In this document: positions 1 to 9,917 of the stretch, piece after piece
Layout of the letters: each line of letters opens with the position of its first letter
Position numbering within the stretch: the stretch's first letter is position 1
DNA from: Azolla caroliniana
Taxonomy: Eukaryota > Plantae > Polypodiophyta
Length of the DNA: 19,824 nt
Direction of reading: 5' to 3'
NCBI GenBank assembly: GCA_043228905.1
Contig: JBHGNT010000590.1
Coordinates: forward strand, 1 to 19,824
The notes under the pieces: model-generated
Told to the model about the DNA's origin: nothing
Seen by the model: only the letters and a program-made list of their open reading frames with translations
Database searches by the model: none
Program-made: the position numbers and the translations under genes

Positions 1-2209
1 AGAATGGCAGACTCCGCGTTCGGTGCGGGATGTGCAATGCTTTCTAGGCTTTGCCAATTTTTACCGGAAGTTTATAAAGGATTACTCAAAGCTCGTTTTG
101 CCTCTTACACAACTTACTAGGAAGGGACAATTGTTCGTTTGGTCTGAAGAAGCGGACATGGCTTTTGAGAATCTTAAATAGGCATTTACATTGGCTCCTA
201 TTCTAGCTCACGTTGATCCAGAAAAACCATTCATCATCGAAGCGGACGCATCGGATTTTGCATTGGGAAGCATTCTATCACAACGAGGTAATGATGAAAA
301 GCTACATCCTGTGGCTTTTCACTCACGCAAGTTTGACGCCGCCGAAATCAACTACGAAATTCATGATAAAGAGCTATTGGCTATAGTGGACTCTTTTATG
401 CAATGGAGGCATTTTCTAGAGGGATCTTCTCATCAAGTCACTGTATTCAGTGACCACAAAAACCTCGCCTATTTTCAAGACGCTCGTGTGTTAAATCGAC
501 GTCAAGCTCGGTGGGCCCATTTTCTCACGCGTTTCGACTTCAAGATTACATATCGACCTGGGAAACATCAAGGGAAAGCAGATGCATTATCACGGCGTTC
601 GTACCTAGCACCGCGTCCCGGCGAGCCAGCTTTCGATAACCAAAAACAAGTAATCTTGGGACCGGCACGACTGCAAGCAACACAGGTCTTTGGCATGCCC
701 ATGGATTCCCACATTATCAATATCATACGTGCGGACTTGAAGACAGATGCTTTCGCCCAAGCTATAATAGCACAAATTGATCCCTCTCGAGCGTCGTGTT
801 CACAGTTGCAACCACCAGGTACGGACTATCGGCAATTCAAATACCATGATGGATTACTCTTCTTTAAAGAACTTTTGTATGTTCCTAATGGTTCTTCCCG
901 CCTTCAAGTAGTACAAAATTGTCATGACACATATACAACTGGGCATTTTGGTAGTACTAAAACACTAGATTTAGTACAACGATCATTCTGGTGGCCCCGT
1001 ATGCGACAATTTGTCGAAGATTTTGTTCGGACTTGTGATACATGTTGCAGAGCGAAAATGCCAAGGCATCATCCATATGGTTTATTAGAACCATTACAAT
1101 TCCAAGCAAGTCGTGGCAATCCATTGCTCTAGACTTCATCACAGATCTTCCAGTCTCTAAGGGGTTCAATGCGATTCTAACAGTGGTAGATCGATATACG
1201 AAGATGGCTCATTTTTTGCCATGTACTAAGGAGATCTCTAGTGAAGACACCGCCGAAATTGTCATGCGTGAAGTATGTCGGCATCATGGACTTCCCGATA
1301 GTATCGTCAGTGTCAAAATTCTGGAAGCACCTTTTTAAAATGCTCAAGGTCACTTGTAACCTCTCCTCCGGCTACCACCCACAAACCGACGGCCAAGCTG
1401 AACGAACAAATCAAACGCTGGAGCAGTACCTGCGGTGCTTTCTCAGCTATCATCAGGATGACTGGGCAGATATTCTCCACTTCGCCGAATTTGCCTATAA
1501 TAACTCTATCCACGCATCAACTAAAGTTACACCATTTTATGCTTATACGGGATGTCACCCCCGGTGGAGTGTACTTGAAACCCCAGAGGTGTCCACAAAT
1601 CCTTGCGCGGAGGATCGTTTGGAGCGGTTACGCAAGATACAAGCGGATTTATCTACTCATCTCCAACAAGCTCAGCAAACACACAAGGTTTATGCGGATC
1701 GTCATCGACTCCCATCCAGTTTTAACATTGGAGATCGGGTGTGGCTACTCCGACGACACATCAAGACTACTCGCCCATGCGAGAAGTTGGATTATCGGCG
1801 ATTAGGTCCTTTCCGTATCATAGGAAAGATTAATGATGTCGCTTTTCATCTCAATCTACCTCCACAACTTCGGATACATCCGGTGTTTCATAGTTCTCTC
1901 CTTGAACCCTATCAAGAGAGCACCATCCCAGGACGTATTACACAGCCTCCACCCCCGATCGAGCTTGAAGATGGACCTGAGTACGAGGTTGCCGCCATCC
2001 TTGATTCCAAGATTGTTCGCAACAAGCTCTACTATCTAGTCGATTGGCTAGGATATAGTCCCAGTGAGCGTACTTGGGAACCGATAGAGAATGTCACCAA
2101 TGCTCGTGCACTTCTTGAAGACTTCCACCATCAATATCCAGACAAACTGGGTCCTCAATCCAAAACGACTCGTTACACTCGTCGTTTTAAAGGGGGGATA
2201 GTGTCATGA
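1..2209 (+). pseudogene. pol: Gypsy pol (RT-RNase H-integrase-chromodomain), disrupted
   Basis: ORF pieces 191-1132, 1042-1338, 1241-2209. In-frame TAG at 179-181, 1-bp deletion near 1097 (ccattacaatt vs ccattaccaatt in copy B) and ~20-bp deletion near 1310 relative to copy B. C-terminal chromodomain YEVAAILDSKIVRNKLYYLVDWLGYSPSERTWEP. Confidence 0.92.
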
Positions 2210-2492
2210 TATGGCAAGACTCGAACCCATGACCTTATGCTACATGGGTCGAGCTCTTGACCATTAGACTATACATTGTAATACGTAGAATATTATTTTC
2301 ATTTATGTTTTATTATAGAAAATTGATGTATATTCCAGATTTCTCTGGAACATTCTAGAAACTTCAGGAGTATTCCTTAGAACACTATAAAAGGAGGCAC
2401 GAGGCATTATTTCGAACCAAATCGGTTCAACGCCAGTCTTAAGCCTCCTAGCTACTACTATACATTCTCTTCACATAATATATATCTTTTCT

Positions 2493-2541
<49 letters not shown>

Positions 2542-2644
2542 CCTCTCACTCCCTCTTTCCTTCTCTCGAGAGTTCTTCACCTCTCTTAGTACTAATACTT
2601 CTTTTAGTACTAATTCCTTCTCTGTCTTAGTACTGTTCCTGACA
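2202..2644 (+). repeat. 3' LTR of Gypsy copy A (443 bp)
   Basis: Follows the PPT; starts TGTCA, ends TGACA; TATA-like ctataaaa at ~2384-2391; internal (CT)n ~2498-2537; homologous to 3949-4394. Confidence 0.93.
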
Positions 2645-3956
2645 CAGCTAGGCATTTTGGTAGTACTAAAACATTACATTTAGTACAACGATCATTCTGG
2701 TGGCCCTGTATGCGACAATTTGTCGAGGATTTTGTTCGGACTTGTGATACATGTTGCAAAGCGAAAATGCCAAGGCATCATCCATATGGTTTATTAGAAC
2801 CATTACCAATTCCAAGTAAGCCGTGGCAATCCATTGCTCTAGACTTCATCACAGATCTTCCAGACTCTAAGGGTTTCAATGCGATTCTAACGGTGGTCGA
2901 TCGATACACGAAGATGGCTCATTTCTTGCCATGTACTAAGGAGATCTCTAGTGAAGACACTGCCGAAATTGTCATGCGTGAAGTATGTCGACATCATGGA
3001 CTTCCCGATAGTATCATCAGCGACCGTGGACCCCAGTTCATGTCAAAATTCTGGAAGCACCTTTTTAACATGCTCAAGGTCTCTTGTAACCTCTCCTCCG
3101 GCTACCACCCAAAAACCGACAGCCAAGCTGAACGAACAAATCAAACGTTGGAGCAGTATCTGCGGTGCTTTCTCAATTATCATCAGGATGACTGGGCAGA
3201 TATTCTCCACTTCGCCGAATTTGCCTATAATAACTCTATCCACGCATCCACTAAAGTTACGCCATTTTATGCTTATACGGGATGTCACCCCCGGTGGAGT
3301 GTACTTGAAACCCCAGAGGTGTCCACAAATCCGTGCGCGGAGGATCGTTTGGAGCGGTTACGCAAGATACAAGCGGATTTATCTACTCATCTCCAACAAG
3401 CTCAACAAACACACAAGGTCTACGCGGATCGTCATCGACTTCCATCCAGTTTTGACTTCCATCCAGTTTTAACATTGGAGATCGGGTGTGGCTGCTACGA
3501 CGACACATCAAGACTACTCGCCCATGTGAGAAGTTGGATTATCGGCGATTAGGTCCTTTCCGTATTATTGGACAGATTAATGATGTCGCTTTTCGTCTCG
3601 ATCTACCTCCTCAACTTCGGATACATCCGGTGTTTCATAGTTCTCTCCTCGAACCCTACCACGAGAGCACCATCCCAGGACGTCTTATCCAACCTCCACC
3701 CCTGCTCGAGCTTGAAGATGGGTCGGAGTACAAGGTTGCCGCCATCCTTGATTCCAAGATTGTTCGCAACAAGCTCTACTATCTAGTCGATTGGGTAGGC
3801 TATAGTCCCAGCGAATGTACTTGGGAACCGATCGAGAATGTGACCAATGCTCGTCCTCTTCTTGAAGACTTCCATCGTCAATATCCACACAAATCGGGTC
3901 CTCAATCTAAGACGACTCGTGACACTCGTCATTTTAAAGGGGGGATAGTGTCATGA
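2645..3956 (+). pseudogene. pol: Gypsy integrase-chromodomain, frameshifted
   Basis: ORFs 2710-3552 and 3486-3956; frameshift caused by a 17-bp tandem duplication gacttccatccagtttt (3437-3453/3454-3470). Confidence 0.9.
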
Positions 3957-4243
3957 TATGGCAAGACTCGAACCCATGACCTTAGGTTATATGGGTCGAG
4001 CTCTTGACCATTAGACCATCTATTGTAATACGTAGGTTATTATTTTCATTTACATTTTATTATAAAAAATTAGTGTATATTCCAGATTTCTCTGGAACAT
4101 TCTAGAAGCTTCAGGATTACTCCTGAAAACACTATAAAAGAGGGCACTAGGTATTATGTTGAACCAAATTGGTTCAACGCCAGTCTTAAGCCTTTTAGCC
4201 ACCATTGTATATTCTCTTCATATAATACATATCTTTCTTATCA

Positions 4244-4289
<46 letters not shown>

Positions 4290-4394
4290 CGTCTCGCTCA
4301 CTCCTTCCTTCTCTCGAAGAAGTTCTACACCTCTCATAGTACTAATCCTTCGTTTAGTACTAATTCCTTCTCTGTCTCAGTATTGTTCCTGACA
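3949..4394 (+). repeat. 3' LTR of Gypsy copy B (446 bp)
   Basis: PPT aaaggggggatag, then TGTCA...TGACA; (CT)n ~4246-4282; homologous to 2202-2644. Confidence 0.93.
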
Positions 4395-4696
4395 GCCGCA
4401 AAGAAAGACGCAAGCCGAAGCACAGACTTCGTAACTACGCACAACGCAAGCTGGAGCACAGATTCCGCAACTCCGCATAAAGCGAGCCGACGCGAGTCGA
4501 TGCGGACTCCGGAACGCAAGTTGAAGCGGATTTCGAATACCGTCTGAAACCGACCCGGCTTGAGCTTGAGGGGGCATGTTGAGAATCAAGCTCAACTTGG
4601 TCTAGTGTGTGAACTCACCTTGAGAGTGAAGAGACACTCCAACGGTCACCATTATGTCACCACTTTGTATTCTAGCATTTAGTATGAGTCATAGAA
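4395..4696 (+). mobile_element. Probable Ty1/Copia-type 3' non-coding region, PPT and left part of LTR (LTR start 4577)
   Basis: gcttgagggggca|TGTTG at ~4564-4581 is the usual copia PPT-LTR junction; degenerate ~36-bp direct repeats at ~4408-4478. No coding sequence in view, so the family is inferred. Confidence 0.55.
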
Positions 4697-4732
4697 AACA
4701 CGTTCGCATTCACAAGTGGAAGGATTGCGCAT
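4697..4732 (+). repeat. Left terminal inverted repeat (36 bp)
   Basis: 34/36 match to revcomp of 13692-13727; overlaps a subterminal hairpin acaagtggaa (4712-4721)/ttccacttgt (4732-4741). Confidence 0.92.
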
Positions 4733-5082
4733 TCCACTTGTAGAATCTTCTTAAAACGAAGAAAATACACCCTCTCTACAATAATTGGATACACTAGTAT
4801 CACATGTTCCTCAACTTGATAAGAATTTGCAAATATAAAAATACATGATAGATCTACGAGTGGAGATCAGTAGAAATCATGCAAGTTTAGACATGTTGAT
4901 AAGTTAATGTATCTAAATAAAGTTCAACTATGGCTCAATATGGCACTATTGTGCGACAAGGGAAACACTAACTTAAAGATTTATATTAATTAGGTAGGTT
5001 TTACAAAAATATGAGGTGTACTTGTATCCATACTAATAAAATGAGATATAATTTATACTTTGACCCATACGTGCATGTATGT

Positions 5083-5350
5083 AATTGTCGAAAATGTAGG
5101 ATAGTGCACATTAGGATAAGTGATTGGAATAACTAACTTATTAAAGTATTCAATACTTATATTAAAAGTTGATCTAATCTATTCCTCAGTTTGTTCATAT
5201 GGGATCAAACCATATGTGTATATAATTGTGCACAATGTAAGGCAGTGAACTTTAGGATAATGTCGTGGAAATAACAAACCTATTAGGCTTTCATACCTGT
5301 ATTTAAAATTGATCTACTCTATTGCTTAGGTGATTCACACAAGATCAAAC
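5083..5350. repeat. Degenerate ~141-bp tandem duplication
   Basis: aattgt..aatgta..agtg..ttaggataa..ttgatcta.tctatt..gatcaaac occurs at ~5083-5210 and ~5224-5350. Confidence 0.7.
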
Positions 5351-5743
5351 TCCGAACGATAACGCAACTGGAACCATTATCAACACACTACACAATCTAA
5401 GCAGCAATGGAATAGAAACATAATAGTTTTAACAATATAAGACAAAGATCCATAATAACAACATGGACAGTCATGGCAATAATTATAGGGCCATGTTCTG
5501 TTAAGGTTAGCTTGGACCAAAATCAGCCTCCATTTAAGCTAGTTCATGTTTCTCCATAAGTTTGGTAGTCAGCTATGCACGCGGTGAAACCAATATCATA
5601 AATCTACTAATGAAGTATATAAAAATAAAATTGAAACATATAGATGATTATAAAGAATAGAATCCACTAGGTAAAACCCAAAATTTGTATTAATAATGTG
5701 AAATCTTAACAAATCGTCAGTGTCATATTCTTTATATAGTCTA

Positions 5744-8700
5744 TTACATAGCAATCAATTCATCAACGTCATTTTCTTCATCATCTTGTGTAGAACTGTC
5801 TTCGGCTATACGTGCATTGGTTTCCCCTGTTAGCCGGGCCAACGAAATATCTTCTATAAGCTCATCATCAAGCTCTATTAGCTCCCCCGGTTCGCCGGCT
5901 AACGGAGGAATAGGCTCTCGCGAAGCGGGTTGAAACCTTTCTGTATTGGCGAGGTTCTTTGCACCGACCTCCTCATCCTGGTCTGGGCACTCCCACAAAG
6001 CCTTAATCCGCATATTAATAAATATAACTTGGTCCTCGTCCTTCTCCAATGCAACTGTATTTCTAAACAGCTTCAATGCACATGCTGACGTAGTTCCTAT
6101 GATGTAAGTAACAAGAAGATTTAGTTGTCAAACGAAAAAAAGTGATTGGTTATCTCAAGATCGTTACCCTAGTTCGAGGAATACCTGTGCCAGAAAAGAG
6201 ATCTAATATCCAGTCTCCTTCGACAGAAAACATCTCGATCAAGCGCATCATAAGTCGTTGAGGTTTTTGGTATGGGTTGACAAGTCCCCGTTCTGTCGTG
6301 GTGACATGTCGCAATTTCCGAGTCACTGCTGGATATACCAACAGATTTGAACCTCCCACTTCATTAGAATGCTCTTTGATTCTCTGTTTTTTAATTTCAT
6401 CGAAGTAGCCAACCGTTATGTATTCAATGGCATTAACGAACCGAAAAGTTGGCCCTCTATTTACATTGGTCTTGATCCTATAAAAAATAATTCATCGAGT
6501 TAAGAATAGATTCAACAACCTTAAGAATTGCAATATAATGAAAGACACCTATAAATAATCCTTACCATGCAAGGTTCTCGATGCCATGGCAACGAGATCT
6601 CAAAGCTTGAGCTACCGAGTACCCTTGGTCCATACTATGAAAGACAATTATTCGCCACAAGGATGCGGTCGTTAGCTCAGCGAAATCCTTGACCATCTTC
6701 TCCAATTGTTTAAACCTAAACGGTTCATCGTCGTATGATGACCCAGCCATTCGAAATCCGTAAGGAATATCCGCAATCATTAGCGTATATTCCTTCTTTG
6801 GCACCTTCTAGATCAAGTCGATGACATCACCGCAAACCACATTGTAGTAAAGATCTCTCGTAATATCTTTTTTGTGGCTAAATTTTTTAAACGAGCCATC
6901 TTCCTCCATTTCGTACGCCTTGACTAAGCGACGATCCTTTTCTTTTCTGGCTCGCTCGAGATGTGCAAGGAAGGATGTAGGGAAATCGTGTATATCCTTA
7001 ACTTCTCCTTGTTTCTTGCCTCGACACGGTTTCTAATAGAAACAATAGGACATCAGGTATTATTATACAAGCTCTACATATGATGAAAGGGTAATGAAAA
7101 AACATCAATACTAACCCAATCCTTGAATGCAATAAAATACTCTGATAACGCCTTATACGAAGACGTTAGAGGATAATCCTCGGTCACTTGTTCCCAAGTT
7201 ATACATCCAAGTTGTTTCATCATTACTTCTTGGATCTTCATGTACACCTTATGACTGTAAAATTAGAAATCAAGATTAGAACTTTGAATTACACCAGATA
7301 GACTACAATTTCAGTATTTGAAAGACTTACTGATTGAACTCGGTGACCATTTCTTCAAGGCTTAAATCTTTCGCCACAACCCTTGACAAAACCGACACAA
7401 GAAGCTGCTCGTCCTTAATACCTTGCATCGCTCTCCATAGAGACAGCTTCATGTCGTCTGCCGCTTCTTCAATTGTCAAGTCAATTTTCTTGGCGGCTTG
7501 TGACTTTAATTCTAGTTGAGGGTCAACCCTACATTTCTTTTGTCGTTGACCCTTTACCTCCTTATTCTCCCACATTGAGAAGATTTGATCTTGGAGGTCC
7601 CATACTTCTCCATCTCTAAACGCTAATTGAAACCAAGATTCATACTTTCGAAGACCATCGGACCTAACATTATCATCTACCACAATGCCGACTTCATGAA
7701 GACATTGACGTCGAAGGCCTGGATGTAACTTCACACCAAACTTTTGTTTCACATCTAAATACTCGTGGTGGAAGAACCGTATACGCTCAATAGACGACAT
7801 TTTCTGCCTATAGTCATTATCATTATTATGGTCCCATGCCAACAGCTTAGCCTCTTCGGTTGTGAGCCCAACATAAATTTTGCACTCGGCATACTTGAAG
7901 AAGAAAGTGGTTGGATGTTCTCTCACAAGTTGCCGACGTGCCTCTGCTGAATGCGATCCACCAATGACAAAATAATTATATTGATCATGCTTTCTGATAT
8001 CAAAATCTTCAATGGTTTCACATTCTTCAGGATCCACCATAACAATAAAAGGCACCACTGTGGCATGAGGATTAATTTTCATTTTTTTCTTGAGATTTTG
8101 AACATGCATGCGATGAGGCTCTCTAATCTCAAGTGGTCTTCGACCTGTTTTTTCATCAATAGGGGGCCGATGGATGTGTGTTATAGGCAAATTAAATACT
8201 TGCCCTTTCCTGACCAGCTTCCGTTGCATTAACTCTCTCCTTATTTTATTCTGCTCGGATGACAAGACACCCGAGGCCAGCTCGGCTCCTGGCGTCCCCT
8301 TATTATCCTCTTCTTCATTTTCACTTGTCGAATCCGTATCCGACATTTTCGTTGTCTTCTTCTTGGCTGGTCTTGACTGGACTTTGGATACCTTTTTAGT
8401 GGCCTTCACGTGGGAGGGCTCTTCATCTCTTAGAGTTACATGGCCTTGTATATAAGGCCTCAAGGTAACAATCAGGTTTTGTGAGTTATCAAGTGCTTTT
8501 TTGAACACTTCAGGCCCACAAGATTCCTTTACTAAAAGGTCTTCTGAAAGGAACACTTTGCGTACCCCCTTGGAGCACTCTATCATTACCAGTATGTTGG
8601 CCGAATCTGCATCTTCGTAGTCAAATCGTAGAATTCGGCCATACATAAATGGAGTTTCTTTTCCTAGCTGCCCCTCACCTTTCTTCTTTGCTGTATACAA

Positions 8701-9757
8701 TACGACTTTTTTCTTTGAGTCGACATATTGCATACACCATTCCTTGTCCGTTAGATCTCGGTCAGGAAGGTCTTCGCCTCCAGTAGCGGCGACAAGTTTC
8801 TTTTGGCTTACATCACTATGTGGCTGAGATTTTGTCTCTTCGTTAAAGAGAAGCTTTTTTCCTCTCTTCATGGTCTCCGGAGTTACCTTGGTCTGGGCTT
8901 CGATTGGAGAACCTTGTATGCGAAGCTTAATTTTCTTCACGGGTCGGTCTGACAGGTTCTCAAACGACCTATTTAAGAAAGTATATGCAAAAACATAAGT
9001 TAGACAGTCACGTAGATTGAAGTTGTTATTATAATGAAGAACAGTTTCCAGGAGCAGTAACATATTCAAAAATCTATTATAGGCAGGGCTATTCAACCTA
9101 GAAAATATATATCGTAATAAGTAAAACGGGTTATATATTCTTTTAAATAGTAGGTGTGACTTATATAGATTCTAAACCTATATTGAGGAGAATTTGCCAT
9201 AGTGAAGGCAATTTGTAGATCATTTTCTACTATTTTAAGCTAAAGTAGGTCATAAAACACCTATAATTAGAGCATATATTTGTTTATCATTTCCACCCCG
9301 TAAACGATTTTTCTCTCTCAAAGGCTACACTTTAAACACGAACTCGATACGGCGTATCGAGTTCGTGTTTAAAGTGTAGGTTTTAAACACGAACTCGATA
9401 CGGCGTATCGAGTTTGTGTTTAAAATTCAAACTTTAAACACGAACTCGATACGGCGTATCGAGTTCGTGTTTAAAACCTACACTTTGAACACGAACTCGA
9501 TACGCCGTATCGAGTTCGTGTTTAAAACCTATACTTTAAACACGAACTCGATACGGCGTATCGAGTTCATGTATACAATACAAATATTTATACACGAACT
9601 CGATACGCCGTATCGAGTTCGTGTATAAATATTTGTATTGTATACATGAACTCGATACGCCGTATCGAGTTCTTGGGAAACGAAACATATTTACAAAAAT
9701 GTCCACAGTGTCAGAGGCCTACCTGGACTCCTCGCGCTCGACTCTCTTGGAAGACAT
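5744..9757 (-). CDS. Spliced ParB/Srx-like domain + beta-class N6-adenine/N4-cytosine DNA methyltransferase fusion (~974 codons; one internal TAG at 6808-6810)
   Basis: Exons 9757-9723, 8968-7331, 7254-7116, 7032-6566, 6477-6185, 6096-5744; all introns GT-AG with matching phases; total 2925 nt = 975 codons. Protein: MSSKRVEREESR|SFENL...; ParB-like core (EIREPHRMHVQNLKKKM...YFVIGGSHSAEARRQL...GLTTEEAKLLAWDHN); MTase motifs in beta order: VCGDVIDLI*KVP...IADIPYG (motif IV, 6760-6771), AW|IKTN, NPYQKPQRLMMRLI, ILDLFSGTG|TTSACALKLFRNTVALEKD (motifs I-II). Exon 1 is the least certain. Confidence 0.85.
9336..9672. repeat. Array of seven 33-bp palindromes (acacgaactcgatacg-S-cgtatcgagttcgtgt) with 18-19-bp AT-rich spacers
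   Basis: Units start at 9336, 9387, 9438, 9489, 9540, 9592, 9644 (period 51,51,51,51,52,52; last unit truncated); lies in predicted intron 1 (8969-9722). Confidence 0.97.
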
Positions 9758-9802
9758 GGTTGATCGTGTTGAAGTGGAGGCGGAGATCGCGCTTTCATGC
9801 TT

Positions 9803-9883
9803 TGTGCTCTGAGTGCTCTGTGTGCTCTGTGTGCTCTGTGTGCTCTGTACGCTCTGTACGCTCTGTACGCTCTGTACGCTCTG
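9803..9883. repeat. Nine 9-bp tandem repeats (5x Wgtgctctg, 4x tacgctctg) in predicted 5' UTR of the MTase-fusion gene
   Basis: Read directly; lies between the TATA box (9910-9917) and the ATG (9757). Confidence 0.9.
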
Positions 9884-9909
9884 GTGAGTGAAATATGATG
9901 AGGTCTTCC

Positions 9910-9917
9910 TATTTATA
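9910..9917 (-). promoter_or_regulatory. TATA box of the ParB-MTase gene
   Basis: Minus strand cccTATAAATAggaag, ~150 bp upstream of an ATG in accATG context. Confidence 0.65.

Larger units (their letters stand above)
1..2644 (+). mobile_element. Ty3/Gypsy chromovirus (Tcn1-like) LTR retrotransposon, copy A (5' part outside window)
   Basis: RT thumb ([12 protein letters not shown]), RNase H (IEADASDFALG, YEIHDKELLAIV, SDHKNL), integrase zinc finger and core (CHD..GH, CDTC, LDFIT, GYHPQTDGQAER), GPF motif, chromodomain, PPT aaaggggggatag, then LTR tgtca...tgaca. Confidence 0.95.
2645..4394 (+). mobile_element. Ty3/Gypsy chromovirus copy B, 3' part (integrase-chromodomain + LTR)
   Basis: 2645 onward (cagctaggcattttgg) aligns colinearly with 936 onward of copy A (caactgggcattttgg); ends in PPT + LTR. 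Confidence 0.93.

Noticed and set aside
2202-4394. A small intact LTR element bounded by the two LTRs
   Set aside because: No PBS or gag after the first LTR; both LTRs follow a PPT, so both are 3' LTRs; flanks show no TSD.
2458-4595. Short ORFs with ER/SL runs (2458-2655, 4156-4392) and antisense or alternate-frame ORFs over pol; likewise 18453-18797
   Set aside because: By-products of (CT)n tracts or shadow frames of TE genes.
4683-4696. Extension of the TIR to 4683/13750
   Set aside because: Needs a ~9-bp indel and loses the clean AGAA TSD; better explained as a palindromic target site.
8969-9096. N-terminus of the 589-aa ORF (MNSPAYNRFL...)
   Set aside because: Starts at a non-ATG codon in AT-rich sequence; a good acceptor (ttcttaaatAG, 8970-8969) and a phase-compatible upstream exon (9757-9723) explain it as intron read-through.
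9336-9672. CRISPR array (palindromic repeats with regular spacers)
   Set aside because: Spacers are only 18-19 bp and are copies or reverse complements of each other; no cas genes; context is a eukaryotic intron.
5744-9757. Bacterial or phage contamination as the source of the ParB-MTase
   Set aside because: The gene has five spliceosomal introns and a TATA box and sits within TIRs among plant retroelements.
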